From the human T2T-CHM13v2.0 reference genome, Homo sapiens: DNA of 64,000 bases. Numbering within the stretch: position 1 is the stretch's first letter; each line of letters starts with the position of its first letter. Below, piece by piece: positions 14,450 through 27,674 of this stretch. The notes under the pieces were generated by a model. It did no database searches, had not been told where the DNA came from, and worked only from the letters and a program-made list of their open reading frames with translations. The position numbers and the translations under genes were made by a program. The DNA lies in assembly GCF_009914755.1 (NCBI RefSeq), contig NC_060930.1, one strand, 5' to 3'.

Positions 14450-16271
14450 TTTTCCATGTGCTGTCTGTCACCCCTTTCTTTGACTAGGAAAGGGAATTCC
14501 CTGACCCCTAGCACTTCCTGGGTGAGGCAATGCCTTGCTCTGCTTTGGCTCATGCTCAGTGCACTGCACCTGCTGTCCTTCACCCACTTTCCAACACTCC
14601 CCAGTGAGATGAACCCGGTACCTCAGTTGGAAATGCAGAAATCACCCATCTTCTGCGTCGCTCAAACTGGGAGCTGTAGACTGGAGCTGTTCCTATTCAG
14701 CCATCTTGGCTCCACCCTCAAAAATCATTTTCTATGTGATTTTGTTTCCCTTCTAATTGATTTAATCTTTTGGGTTTCAGACTCATAGTATTTGTTTATT
14801 CTCTTTTTATGTCCACTAGCTTTATTAAAATAACTGTTTTTATTTTCTACTCTTGGTTAATTTTACCATGTACACAGCAATTTCATTTTAATATATTAGT
14901 TTAAGTCACATTAATTTTTATTTATGGAATTTTTATGTTTATAGTTTCTAGAATTAGTTCTGTTCATTGTCTCTTTCTTCTCCAAGGATTCTTGTAATGT
15001 GTAGTTTGGTTTGCCTATCTTAGCGCTCTCTCTTCAATTCTGTTTGATATATTTTAAAATGTACACTGTATTGTAATTTACTAATTTAATATTAATTTCT
15101 GAAACTGATTTTTAAAAATATTATTTCAATTCTCCCTGGGCTGTCATCATTCTTTTCATTAACTCTGTTTTTCAACCAACTATCTAATCTCTGAGCTTTG
15201 TTAATTATAATTAATGTTATTTTATAATATTGTCTAAAATTTTAAAACTTTTTGTTTTTAATATATTTTGGTCATATTCTTATTGTTTTTCATTATTTGA
15301 ACCTATTTCATTTAGTCCATTGTTACATTCTTTTGTCTTACAATATTTTATGCTGGTTTGATTAAAATTATGTACTTATTTCATATATAAATACTACTTA
15401 CGTAAGATGGGTTTCTTATACTTTAGAAGGCAGTTCTTATGTTGGTGATAAAGGTGTATACACATGCTAGGTTTCCCTCTCTTTTACAGAAAATATTTAA
15501 AAATATGCTCCATTAAAAGCTATTTTTCTAATACTTTTTGAAATACATGTATTTTTTTTCTGGATACTTCTCTCATGTGAAATTTTACTCTTCTTTACGC
15601 CAGAGTTGCAGGCCAAATAGTGGGTTCTATTCTCTGAAGCATCTCTTCAGAGTGTTCATTATCATACTAACTGTACCCATCCTGTGAGCCCAGTATACTC
15701 AGCGTGCTCTAATTTTCCTATAATCCCCTTTGTTTTTGCCTACAAATTAGAGCGTTTGGAGCTCTTTCCCAATTTACCAAGTGACTCTTCCACTAAGAGT
15801 GGGAAACCTCTCTTTATTGAAATGAGAGTGTCGGGAATTTGTTTCACAGATCTTAGATCTGTTAGAAGCCCTTTTGCCTTTCCTGTGCTGTTCCCACACA
15901 GCTTCCTTTCCCATATTTTTTCTTGCTACATTTGGGTTGGACTTGCATGCTCATACTCTGAGGCTTATGGAAATCCTTTATCAACAACATTTTGGAAGAT
16001 TTCTTTTTATCCTAGTTGTCCATCTCTTTTTAAGAAAGAACTGTAAAGATTTAAAGACTATGCTGTTGCTACCATCATTCCTTTCTTACCCATATTATAT
16101 TTAAAAACAGCAATAGTAAACATTCTAAAGTAACGTAAAACATATACAATACAATTAAACCATGCAATACAAAAGTATAATTTGTTTTGTTTAACTGCTC
16201 CTCTAAAAGAGAGGTGCACAGAGAAGAATAGAAGCTGACATTTTAAGCAGAGCAGCAGAGCAATATCCTGG

Positions 16272-16727
16272 TGATGTAAGGCAGGTGAGCCCCCAAATTT
16301 GGGCTCAGCCAAGGAAAGTTCTTGGCTTTGCCAGAAAAGAATTCAAGTGCAAGCCAGCAGTGAAAGAAAGCAGTTTTAATGAAGAGGCAGTGTACAGCAA
16401 AGTGGCTTCTCCTGGTGGAACAGGGCTAACCTATAGTCAGTGCGCCTAGAGTAGCAGCATGTGGGCTGTAGGCTATCTGTATTTATAACTACTTTAAATG
16501 ACATGCAAATTAAATGGTAGGTTAATCAGAAAGCACTAGAAAAGGGGCAGTAAATTTGGAGTATGCTATGGCATTCATAAACTGTCATGCGTTGGTGGGA
16601 ATGTCTTAAGCTGATGGGCAGCGAGGGCAATTAGAGGGTGCCTTTGGTGCCATTTGCTGATTGTGGCTGGTTTCTTTATTTCATCCTGTCAGGACCAGGA
16701 AATAAGTTTTGCCAGTGTCTTACCTTG
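16272..16727 (-). mobile_element. 3' LTR (MER66-like)
   Basis: Aligns along its length with 23003-23455 (e.g. 'gttcttggctt', 'cagggctaacc', 'gaccaggaaataagt'). Confidence 0.88.
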
Positions 16728-16899
16728 TTCCCCTGCTCAGAGATTATATACTTCTCTTTAATCCTAAGGGGGCTGCAGAAGGGTAAAGGTCTATTTTTTT
16801 TTTTCTTTGTAAGTTTTCCCTGCTGATTTTATGGGTATTGGCCCTGCCTAGCATTGGAAGAGTAAAAATCTCTGGATACCTGATCTAAAGGGCCCAAAG

Positions 16900-18316
16900 A
16901 CATGATGCTTTTATTCTCCAGGTCAGAAAGTGGGATGGGTTGGAAGCCTTGTGCCAGCATCATTTTTACATGGAATTGTAATCTACGAGACACAAACTTT
17001 ACAAGGATGTTAAACAAGCAAGAGGCAAAATCAATTGTAACAATACAGCTATCAAAGGTCCTAGGAAACATGGAAACCTGGTGAGATTTGGGAGGGCATG
17101 TTTTATAGTCAACCAGTTATAGATGGGGTCAATATCCTGGTTATATCTATGTAACTACATAGCTTGTTTATATATTTTTTGAATGTTGATCTCAACTTGT
17201 TCAGATTAATATACATGCAGCAGGTCTTATTAATAACTGCATAGGTTCCCCCTTGTTCAGCTAATACACAATTCAATTCTAGTCTGTTGTAAAGGACTAA
17301 ACTTGTTAGAGAGTCTAGAGACTCTTGAATTCCCATTAATGACTGACTGTTGTTGGCTGACTCTAGAATTTGAGTCAAGTTCCTTAGGTTGACTCAGGGT
17401 AGGCAAAGTCACTCCATGGGGCTGCTAGACTTATTGCTGCCCCAATTCCTTCTAGAATTAGTTCTATTGCTTATTTATTTTGGTACCCCTGGGCCTCATT
17501 AGAGTTATAGATGGTGGTCTCTGTAGGGGCAATGGTGGCCAATATATATTCACCCATGTTCTGAAAGCTACTCCTGAAAGAATAGATGGCTCCCCAGGGA
17601 GTCAGGAATGGTTACAAGGTGGAATTTATTCCCGGTCATGGCCATAGGCAAAAATTAGCCCAGTTAGGGCACAAATTGAGGCCCTGTGGGGTGTAACATC
17701 TGTCCTCTGCTGCCAAGTTTTGTTTATAGAAATATTTTTTCCCAAACTCCAGTGGGGATGATCAAACAGCTCTTATTTTCTAGAACAGGCTGGTACTTCC
17801 ACTTTCGCAGGTCAGGAAGTTGTTTCTCCTTTGCGTGTATTGGCCCTGAAGGAGGCACCATGTGTGGTTTCCTCAACACTGCCTTGGGAACTTGGCAACT
17901 AGGGTTGGATCACAGGGAAACTTTTGCTTTTGTGTTATTATCACAACCATGGGTACGAAAGATAGTGCCATTAAGCCACTAAGAGGTATAAATACCAATT
18001 TTCCAGGTCCAGATAACAGTGGCAGAGACAGTTAGGTAGGATTTATTAAGTAGGGGAGAGTTCCATCTAACAAGTTAGGGGTCTGAGTGTTAAGGGATCA
18101 CTATGGTTAATTAGGAGGTCTGGGAGATGGCCATGAGATGTCTTGATGTGTCATATGGTGGAACTCTATCCTGGGTATGCTGATGACAGATCTAGCAACC
18201 ATAAAGATGATTTCCTATTGCTATAATTTTTGAAATATTTATCATAGCATTTTATTACCACCCACATGCTGGATTAGGTTAACTGGGAGAACAAACAGGA
18301 TTAACAGAGGCAGCAT
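16900..18316 (-). pseudogene. Decayed retroviral env resembling EnvV (ERVV-1/2 family)
   Basis: Signal-peptide-like MLPLLILFVLP from ATG 18316; 'INISKIIAIGNHLYGC*ICHQ' at ~18181-18243; dead furin site plus fusion peptide 'QNK*AIELILEGIGAAISLAAPWSDFAY' at ~17399-17482; TM 'LDSLTSLVLYNRLELNCVLAEQGGTYAVINKTCCMYIN' (ORF 17109-17378). The 3' end is approximate. Confidence 0.88.
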
Positions 18317-18435
18317 GGTGTCCAATTTGGCCTTAGAGTGACATCTTTATCCAACAAGGAAAAAAAGAGGTGTCTTTCAGGAAGAGGTGATTGACGGATG
18401 GCAGAGAACAAGAATTATGATCAAGAGTAAAATAA

Positions 18436-19160
<725 letters not shown>

Positions 19161-20654
19161 AAAGATGAGAGAAAGGTATATTGAGGCATGTCTGACCCCA
19201 TTCCCATTATGGCATGTATTAGCTTTTCATAGGTATTTAAACCTTCTAGACCAGAGAGAAATGGAAGTCTAGCCTAGAATGCCAGCTCTCATTTGCCTTA
19301 AAACCCTTTTCAAGCAGTGTAAAGGTAAAATACCAAAAGCCAAAATAAAGTTATACTTCAAACAACAACAACAACAACAACTCAAGAGTATAGAATTAAG
19401 TTAAATTGGAGGAAAACATTATTTTATAGATCTCTAAGTTAAAATATTTTAGCATTAGTTCAACAACAGTTAGAACTAGAGGGAAAAAAAGTTATAGGAG
19501 CTGATGAAAAAGTTGAAGTAGAGAGTTATCCTAGGTTTTCTCAAGGGGAGGAAAAAAGCAAATCAATACCTAAAAACAGTTTGTTTTAATATGGGAGACT
19601 ATACTTTAGAAAGGTTATTATAAACAATTCCATTTTAATTACAGCAAATTTAATTATACACAAAATTCCTTTATACATTTTCCTACATGAATCTTACCAT
19701 GACTTACACAGACCATTAATGACATGCTTGAACTTTTTTGACTTGTATACTACCTCGTTCTTAAATAACTAGTCATTTTATTCTAGGGCAAGAATTTACA
19801 ACACAATATCCTTTCTCAGATAAAACTACTCTTTCCTTTATAACCTTTCTTACCAAAAATAAATCTTCATATCTGTAATTTTTGTTATACTTCTCTCCCA
19901 TACTTAACTGTGTCCCTTCTATGTTGTTTCATAAATAACCTTTTGAAAGGTTTTTTAAAGTCTATAATTTGAATTAACCTTTAGATAATTTTCAACTGGA
20001 AAAAATTTTTTCTTAATAAGAACACATCTTCTTTGGTGCATTTCAAATAAACCCAAGAAGTGAGAAATTCTGAAATGTTTATTAGATATTAGTATTTTAT
20101 AGATAAAGCCATTCCACAATTTTTTAATAAACAAACATGTTTCCCCATATCATAACCCCTTAATTAGAAATGACCCAGACATCCAACATCCAACATAATT
20201 TTAAGATTTTAAATGATACAAAAAGTTTACTTATATGCATTTATTCCATTTTTCCCTAATTACTATTATTGTTTAATAGTTGACTGAGACTATCTATGAA
20301 AACTGCACTATGAGACAAAGCTAATCAACATTCAATTTCCTTGTCAACTATTTTTTGAAGACTGCTTATTAGGTAAATACCGAGTAAAAATATTAAAGTT
20401 GAACACATAGGCATTTTGCTGATTTAGCTGTTTTTATTGAACTAACAATCTTATTATTAGTTACTTAGTAACTAATATATAATAATCTTATTATTAGTCT
20501 TATTTACACAATTATGTAGATATTTTTATTATCATTAATTTTATTACCAGTTTTATTTCCCAAAGATTAAAGTGAACTTGAAAACACTTAGATTTACTTA
20601 ATTTATGAGTACTCATTTACTTAAAATCCAATTTGTTAGCATGCCAGACCCAAC

Positions 20655-20792
20655 ACATAACATATGAACACATAAACATATATGTGTTTATACATATATA
20701 AACATATCTAAACATATATAAACATTTACATATAAACATCATACATATATAAACATATTTACACATATAAACATATCTAAACATGTGTATAC
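20655..20792. repeat. Degenerate (CATATATAAA)n-like low-complexity repeat
   Basis: Directly visible repeated 'catatataaacat' units. Confidence 0.85.
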
Positions 20793-21289
20793 ACAAAGAC
20801 TCAATGTCTTTTATCTCAGAATTTTAGTCATAAGAGAGCACTATAAATTTACCACTTTGTAAGAAATAACTGAATTTAAATTATTTCTGAGACAACTGAA
20901 ACTTGTCCACATGGTTAAGCTTTGTTCGCCCTGATAGGTAATACAAAGAAAGCTGTAGACTAGACTTTGGGTAAAGCAGTTTTTCATGGCAGTTTTGATC
21001 TTAAAAATTTTCTGTTACCAGTCATTTTTAATGGCAGCAAGAGAGAAGGAGTAAATAGTATTGCTCAACAGGTGCCCTTGGTGTCCCCAAGCTGCTGGTG
21101 AACTCACTCGGCAGTAGAGACACCAAAGAAAGTGTTCAGGAAGCTGCTTGTCTGCCATTGTGGGGAGCTGTCAGTCAGATTAGAGGTCAGGGACACCCAG
21201 AAAAATAGGCTCAGCAAGAGAGTAGCTAGGGTTATAGGCTGAGGCTAGTTGGATAAGAGGGAGGAGTTTCTAATGAACTTGGGATGGAA

Positions 21290-21710
21290 TCCTACAGTGG
21301 AGAACTGGAGGGACGCCCTCAGAATTGGGGGACTGAGTAGGCTCTGAGGGGGACATGGGCCCTCCAGGAAGAGCAGCTAGGAGGGGGTTATCTAAGATAT
21401 GTGGTGTTACTTCTTGGTGTCTGGAAGTAGAAAAGCCACACACATTTTACATTTGTCCCTTAAGTCAGGATCCTGGTAAAAGCCAAAAAAGCTTAAGGGA
21501 CTTCTCCCCATTTTCCTTCCTGTTTACAGAATAAGTCTAATTATAAGGAACAATTTTTAGGCCACATTTTTTGGCCTCCCAATTTGTAAGGAACCCAAAT
21601 GATGCTTCAATCGAAAATGAGTTTCTCTTTAACCCATCCAATTGGAATTTGCTCCAATTGCCTAAAAGACACGCTAGTGGCTGTCCTTTAGGATGATCAT
21701 TGTTCTCACG
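21290..21710 (-). pseudogene. gag matrix-region remnant
   Basis: The minus strand reads PLACLLGNWSKFQLDGLKR at ~21625-21681, resembling the gamma-type MA N-terminus, followed by proline-rich coding-like sequence. Confidence 0.65.
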
Positions 21711-22982
21711 TCTGACAAGGATCTCTTCTAGACAAAGTTTTTAAAAGCCTAGCAAGAGGCCAGTTATTTTCCCTTTTAAATTCCTACCTCTCTTTCTTTT
21801 CATGAAGAATGGTCAGTAGGCAATTGCCACCAATTCCTGCAAAGAGGGTTTAAGTACAGGTCACAGTGAAAGTTAATTCTAAGATATGAGTGAGCAGTGG
21901 AGTGATGACTGTATTCACCAGCAAATAGAACATGATGGAAGAGGTGCTTTTTAGTAAGCAGATTATAAAAGGAGAGGTGGAAATAGAGTGACAAGATTAA
22001 GAACCCCCTAGCGTGGAACTGTAACCCACAATCCTAGAAGGCCAACTAAGGAACCCCCTAGGGTTGGAATCTAACCCACAGTCCTAATGCTACAATAGGA
22101 ACTCTAACCCACAATAATCCTGATGAATTCTCCTAGAGTGGGACTCTAACCCACAATCTTAGAGGAAATAATGTGGCCCTGGCATCCCAGAGTTGGCACA
22201 GTAGGGGACCTCCCAAGACCAAAAAAAAAAGAGGATTTAAAACAAACAAGAAAAGCAAAAAAACACATGTCCAAATACAGTTAGCAGTAGCCAAAGTGAA
22301 AACTGTAAATGAAACATACATTTCAGAACAGAAAGTAAAATGGCTGGTGGAAAAATAAACATTAGCAGAGAAAAGGACTAAAGGAAAGGACTAAACAAGC
22401 ATGTAGTTGATCAAGCATGCTTCTGTCTTGGGCACCCAAATGACAGGGGACGTCAAATTCACCACACAGCCAGAGGCCTCATTTCCTGGTTTACCCAGCA
22501 TCAAATGAGGTACAGAGGGACACTCACCCAGCCACAAGAGCCAAAATGGTGCTGACCAGTCTCCAACCTGGGGCCTATATGAAGGTCTTTCTCAGGTTTT
22601 CCAAGCTTGAGTAGATTCAGCTGCTGCAAAAGGACTGACATGCAGACCAGCAACCTGCTGGTCTAAGTGGTGGGTCCCACACAAGGCAGCGGCACTGCAG
22701 CTGCTCCCTCACTGCTTGGCTTCACCATCACTGCATGTTGGGAAAGATAATGGCTCTAAAAATAACCTTTGGCTGGTGTTATAGCTCTTTGGTATTAGCA
22801 GTTCTTTAGTGTTATAGCTAGTCTGTTACAGCTCTGGATGTCAATCACTGATTGCTGTCTCACTGTCTTTTGCTGTCATGCCAATTGCTGTCTTACCATG
22901 TCACTACCTCTCTTTGCTGTCTTGCCATCGTTTTCACTGTCTCACTACCACACTGTCTCACTGTGTCTCACCATCTTCTCAA

Positions 22983-23000
22983 GCCCCACATTGGGTGCCA
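22983..23000 (-). promoter_or_regulatory. Primer-binding site, tRNA-Lys(CUU) type
   Basis: Minus strand TGGCACCCAATGTGGGGC versus canonical Lys1,2 PBS TGGCGCCCAACGTGGGGC (two CpG-type changes), 2 nt from the 5' LTR. Confidence 0.88.
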
Positions 23001-23002
23001 GA

Positions 23003-23455
23003 TAATGCAGGAGAGGTAAGCTCCAAATTGGGCCCAGAAGGGTTCTTGGCTTCATTCAAGAAAAAAATTTAAGAGTAAGCTGGTGGTGGAAGAAAGCAGG
23101 CGTATTAAAGTGGCATTGTACAGCAGAGTGGCTGCTCCTAGCAGAGCAGGGCTAACCCATAATCAGTGCACCTGGAGTAGCAGCATATGGGCTATTGGCT
23201 AGCTGTATTTATACCTACTTTTAATTACATACAAATTAAGAGGAAAGTTACTCAGAAATTCCTAGAAAAGGGGTGCTAACTTCCAGATGTTGTCATGGCA
23301 TTTGTAAACTGTCATGGCACTGTTGTGAGTGTCTTATGCTGATGAACAGCAAAGGCAACTAGAGGTTGCCTTTGGTGCCATTTGCTGGTCCTGGCAGGTT
23401 TCCTTATTTCATCTCGTTGGGACCAGGAAATAAGTCTTGCCAGTCTCCAACCTCA
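23003..23455 (-). mobile_element. 5' LTR (MER66-like)
   Basis: The minus strand starts 'tgaggttggagactggcaagacttatttcctggtcc'. It is paired with 16272-16727 and adjacent to the PBS. Confidence 0.88.
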
Positions 23456-23974
23456 CTGTTTTCGTTAGAGAAATTGAGTCGTAGGCCAGAAATGTAGAAT
23501 TCTGGAGGATAAACTGGGAGATATTACCTGTCACTGAAGCTTTAGAATTGAGTTATGTGTCAGAAGCAGTAATGTAATTACTTTAAGGATTAACAACAGC
23601 TAGAAATAATGTAGGCATAATAGGAAAAGTGCTAAAATAGTATATCCCTGTAAATCAAATTGCAGGATGCTGAAAATAGTCTATACATTTCAAAGTTCAC
23701 TGCCCAAATGACTGCCTAAACAAGTTGCTAATGTGTTAATTCTCTTTAGTTCCAAATTCTTGCCACATAATTCGGGTGATTGGACTATTTTACTGAAGTG
23801 TTCACAATGACTGGCTGCTTTTCTATTTAATAACCTTTTAAATTCAGTGGTATTATACTGAAATATAAACCAGGTTTAGTCCAGGAATTAAACAAAGATT
23901 GCTTCATATAATGGTATTATGTAATGGTATAGGATAGTGTATTTATCCTATATACACACAACTACTATATAATG

Positions 23975-24400
23975 GCATAGGAAGCAGAGATACCTATTTT
24001 GGATATAGATTTGCCTTCCTTGCCTGTAATACTTCTGCAAGCACCACCATCCATGGACTCACAGAATGCCTTAATCACTATCATGGAAGTTTCCATACAA
24101 TTGTTCCTGATCAAGAAATTTATTTCATAATAAAGGAAGTTTGGAAATGGGTGCAGACCTGTGAAATTAATTCATCTTATTACATACCTCATCATTCAGA
24201 AGTTGCTAGAGTAATTGACATATGAAATGGTTTGCTGAATAATCAGTTACATTACAAATACATATAGGCTCTGTCTTACAGGACATAGTATGTTATGAAT
24301 CAGAGATCATTTTAGGGTTCAGTATACCCCATAGACAGTACTTTTGAGTCTGGAAATCAAAAGTAGAAATGTGAATGTCTCCTTTTGTGATTACACCCAA
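23975..24400 (+). mobile_element. ERV-L class integrase-core fragment
   Basis: 'gatacctattttggatatagatttgccttccttgcctgtaatacttctgcaagcaccaccatccatggactcacagaatgccttaat' translates to DTYFGYRFAFLACNTSASTTIHGLTECL, like ERV-L integrase DTYSGYGFAFPA…TTIxGLTECL. Confidence 0.8.
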
Positions 24401-24419
24401 CAAGTTGAATAAAATCAGA

Positions 24420-25250
24420 ATTGTTATGAATATAAAAAATAGGAAGATAAGGACTTTTAAATCATAAATGTCTACTAGTGAATGTAGTAGGAAAGATAGA
24501 ATTAGAAAATCAACATTTGGTAACTATCAAAGTAATAATTCAAACATAAAGTATCAATGGATATTATAACTGACAAAAGTTTGATTAGAATGTATATTTA
24601 TATAGATTCAAGTACCTCCTCTCAAAAAATATGTTAACTACAAACCAGGAAAGTATAACTTTATAATGGGGAAACTAGCAGACAAGAATTTAACCAAATA
24701 AGCAAAATTAATAATAACAGTAAATCAAATAATCAAAAAAATCAAAAACTTGTACCACCTGATAGAATACAATGAGAAAAATAATATTATCACTTCTGTA
24801 ACATTTTTGTCAAAAGTGCTTAACAGAAAAATACTCATGAGGAAACTTCTGACCAACACTACTTAGAGGACATTCTATAAGATGCCAATATCATGAAAGT
24901 CACAAAAAGACAGAAATTGTTCTAGACTGAAGGAACTCAAAGGGACATGATAATTAAATGTGAAGTGTGATCTTGGGGGAGAAGATCCTGTTATTATAAA
25001 GGGCATTGGTAAAATTGGAGGTACATGATTAGATAGTAGTAATGTTTCAGTGTTGAGTTCCCAATTTTCATTGTAGTGTTGTGTGTGGTCTTGTAGGAGC
25101 ATATCCTTGTTGAAAGAACTACATAGTAATGTATCTGGAGAATACTAAGACATCGTCTTTCCAACTTATGTTTCAGGAAAAAATAGTTTTTGTATTTTTC
25201 CAACCATTTGTAAACTAAAAAATATTTCCAACTAAAGATTGTTTGCCATT
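24420..25250 (+). mobile_element. Old L1MC-type 3' end fragment
   Basis: 'ttagaaaatcaacatttggtaactatcaaag', 'gaggacattcta', 'ttgttctagactgaaggaactcaaagggacatgataattaaatg'. Confidence 0.7.
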
Positions 25251-25706
25251 TAAAAATTGTAAAACTACACATTACTGGATTTCTTTGCAGTTAATTGAAT
25301 TTTAAATTCTTGTTGAAATAGAAACTTCACAAGTAGGGTTTAGTTTTGATTTCTCTATTTGTGGAAAGAAAATTATCCATTGCCATATCTCTCATTTGGT
25401 GAGAGAAATAGCTATCCATAAATTAATATTAAGACAGGCTTTACCCAATTGCAAGTTAGTAGTCTTTAGAAATGAGGAAAGCAACAGGTAAGGTACAGAA
25501 TAAACACTCATTGCCTACTAAGCCAATTTCAGTCTGTTAGTCTGCAGTCAGATTATTGGTGTCACAACAATCATCATCAAAATCAATCACCACTATCTTC
25601 AAAATCAGTTGCCAAATTGTATAAATTTCTCTGTCAAGATGTAGGGTACATTATCAATAATTTAGATTAATCTATTCTACATTTATGACAGAAGCCATAA
25701 AATGGG

Positions 25707-25994
25707 GGCCAAAGGTGTTGGCTCACTCCTGTAATCCCAGCACTTTGGGAGGCGGAGGCAGGCGGATCGCCTGAGGTCAGGAGTTTGAGACTAGCCTGGC
25801 CAACATAGTGAATCCCCATCTCTAGTAAAGATACAAAAATTAGTTGAGAATGGTAATGCATGCCTGTAGTCCCAGCCACTCAGGGGGCTAAGGCAGAAGA
25901 ATAGCTTGAGACTGGTAGGTGCAGGTTGTGGTGAGCCGAGATCACGCCACTGCACTCCACACTCCAGCCTGGGTGATAGAGTGAGACTCCATCA
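25707..25994 (+). mobile_element. AluS-type element
   Basis: Full dimer 'ggcc…gctcactcctgtaatcccagcactttgggagg…cctgaggtcaggagtttgaga…gtgagactccatc'. Confidence 0.95.
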
Positions 25995-26138
25995 AAAAAA
26001 GAAAGAAAGAAAAGAAAGAAAGGAAAAAAAGAAAAGAAAGAAAGGAAAAGGAAGAGAAAAAAGAAAGAAAGAGAAAGGAAGAGGGAGGAAGGAAGGAGGG
26101 AAAGAAGGAAGGAAGGAAAGAAAGGAGGGAGGGAGGGA
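25995..26138. repeat. Polypurine (GAAA/GGAA/GGGA)n tract derived from the Alu tail
   Basis: About 140 nt composed only of A and G. Confidence 0.95.
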
Positions 26139-26719
26139 AAATATTGCTGACACTAGTGAGAAAGTTTTAATTGAACAACAAACATTAAGGTGGACATACT
26201 TAAAATAAATTTCATCTATGTTTAAATGTAATCCAATTCAACTCTTTCATTACATTCCTAATAGGTATGAAGTTAAGTTTCCTATTCCTGGTCTCAGCTC
26301 CTCATATTTTATGAAAGAGGAAAGGGGAATGGGCAAAAAAGAAGGAGAAGGCATATTGATGATGGTAAAACCACCACCAATTGGCCAATTATCACTCTAC
26401 GTTAATAGGATGTGATTTCAGATTAATAATTTTGCTAGTATATATATTATTAATTTCATTATAACCATGTACAAGCCTTTAAGCTTATCAACTAAAATTA
26501 ATAAATTTATAAATAATGAAAATGAACAGACTTACATTCTACTTTCCTTCCATTACATCAGAATAAGAAGGTGAGGCTACTGCAAGTAATGGGGTGCTTG
26601 AAATCAGCAGGCATTTTTTGTTGTATGTGACCTTGAAGAAGTCATTTATATTTATGGTGCCTAATTTCTACATCTTTAAATCAAGCAAGAGTGCAATTAA
26701 GTAATCATAATTTTATTTC

Positions 26720-26945
26720 AAACTTACTATGTACCAGGCAGTGTACCAAGTTCTTTAACTACAGTACATAATTAAAACTTATCACGATTATACAAATGGT
26801 ATCACCCCCATTTTACAGATGAAGATATTAGTATGAGAAACAATAAGGAGTAAATTTACCAAGATAAAAAACTGAGTCTATGGCAAAGCTAGGATTCGTG
26901 CCGAGGAGTGTCTAACTCAGAGTGCAAGCTCCCAAGGCTACGCTA
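26720..26945 (-). mobile_element. MIR SINE
   Basis: 'cttactatgtaccaggcag…ccccattttacagatgaaga…atttaccaagat…gctaggattcg' is the MIR core. Confidence 0.75.
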
Positions 26946-27674
26946 CCTTTTCACAGACTTACCCAGGATCCCTTTCAGCTACAACACCTTTAAAATTTAC
27001 ATTAAAAAGGGATGGGAAACAGAGCTTAATTTTGTTATGTCACTTGGAGTCAAGTAATTTTTGTATCCAATATAAGTTTCTCGTTCTCTTCCTCAACATG
27101 TTTTAAGTTCTATTTGTAGATTCCTGTCCTCCCTTGCTCCCAAATATTCAAAACTGGTTTTAATCTTTGTGCATGTGTTTCAGCTTCATTCTTTTGGCTA
27201 TCTCTCCTGAAATCTGTAGTGGTACAATAGTGCCACAGATCAGTTGACAGCTTTCTGTAGAAATTTCATATTTGTCAGGCTTTAATCTAAAAAAGACTGG
27301 AGGACATTTGTCATCTGCCAAGTGAGGTCCTCACAGCTTCTCTTCTCCTACATTCTAGAAGTGACATATTTGTGACCTTGCCCACTCCTACACTCTTGGG
27401 TGAGCAATTTCAAGGAGACGTGCACTCTACTTCCCCCAAGGGTTGTTGCTAATCTTAAAACTCTAAAACACTTTTCATATTTCTTTTTTTCTGTTACTCA
27501 AGTTATTTTTAAATTTTTTTTTACACTGCATTCACATCTCTAAGGACTTGCTGTGGGAACATCTGTGATTCATATATTTGAATGGATTTGGGGTAAAATT
27601 GAGTCAAGCAGAGAGAATCATATTTATCTGTCATATTAAGACTAGAGATCCCTATGTACTATTATTTTTACTGA

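Noticed and set aside
15684-16046. 120-aa ORF outside obvious young repeats
   Set aside because: Non-ATG start, no motif and no splice context; expected by chance in 64 kb.
22001-22162. Repeat-spacer pattern as a CRISPR-like array
   Set aside because: Eukaryotic ERV leader, degenerate repeats, short irregular spacers and no cas genes; kept only as a tRNA-like repeat finding.
25906-26208. Lys/Arg/Glu-rich ORF resembling a nucleic-acid-binding protein
   Set aside because: Translation of an Alu end plus a polypurine microsatellite.
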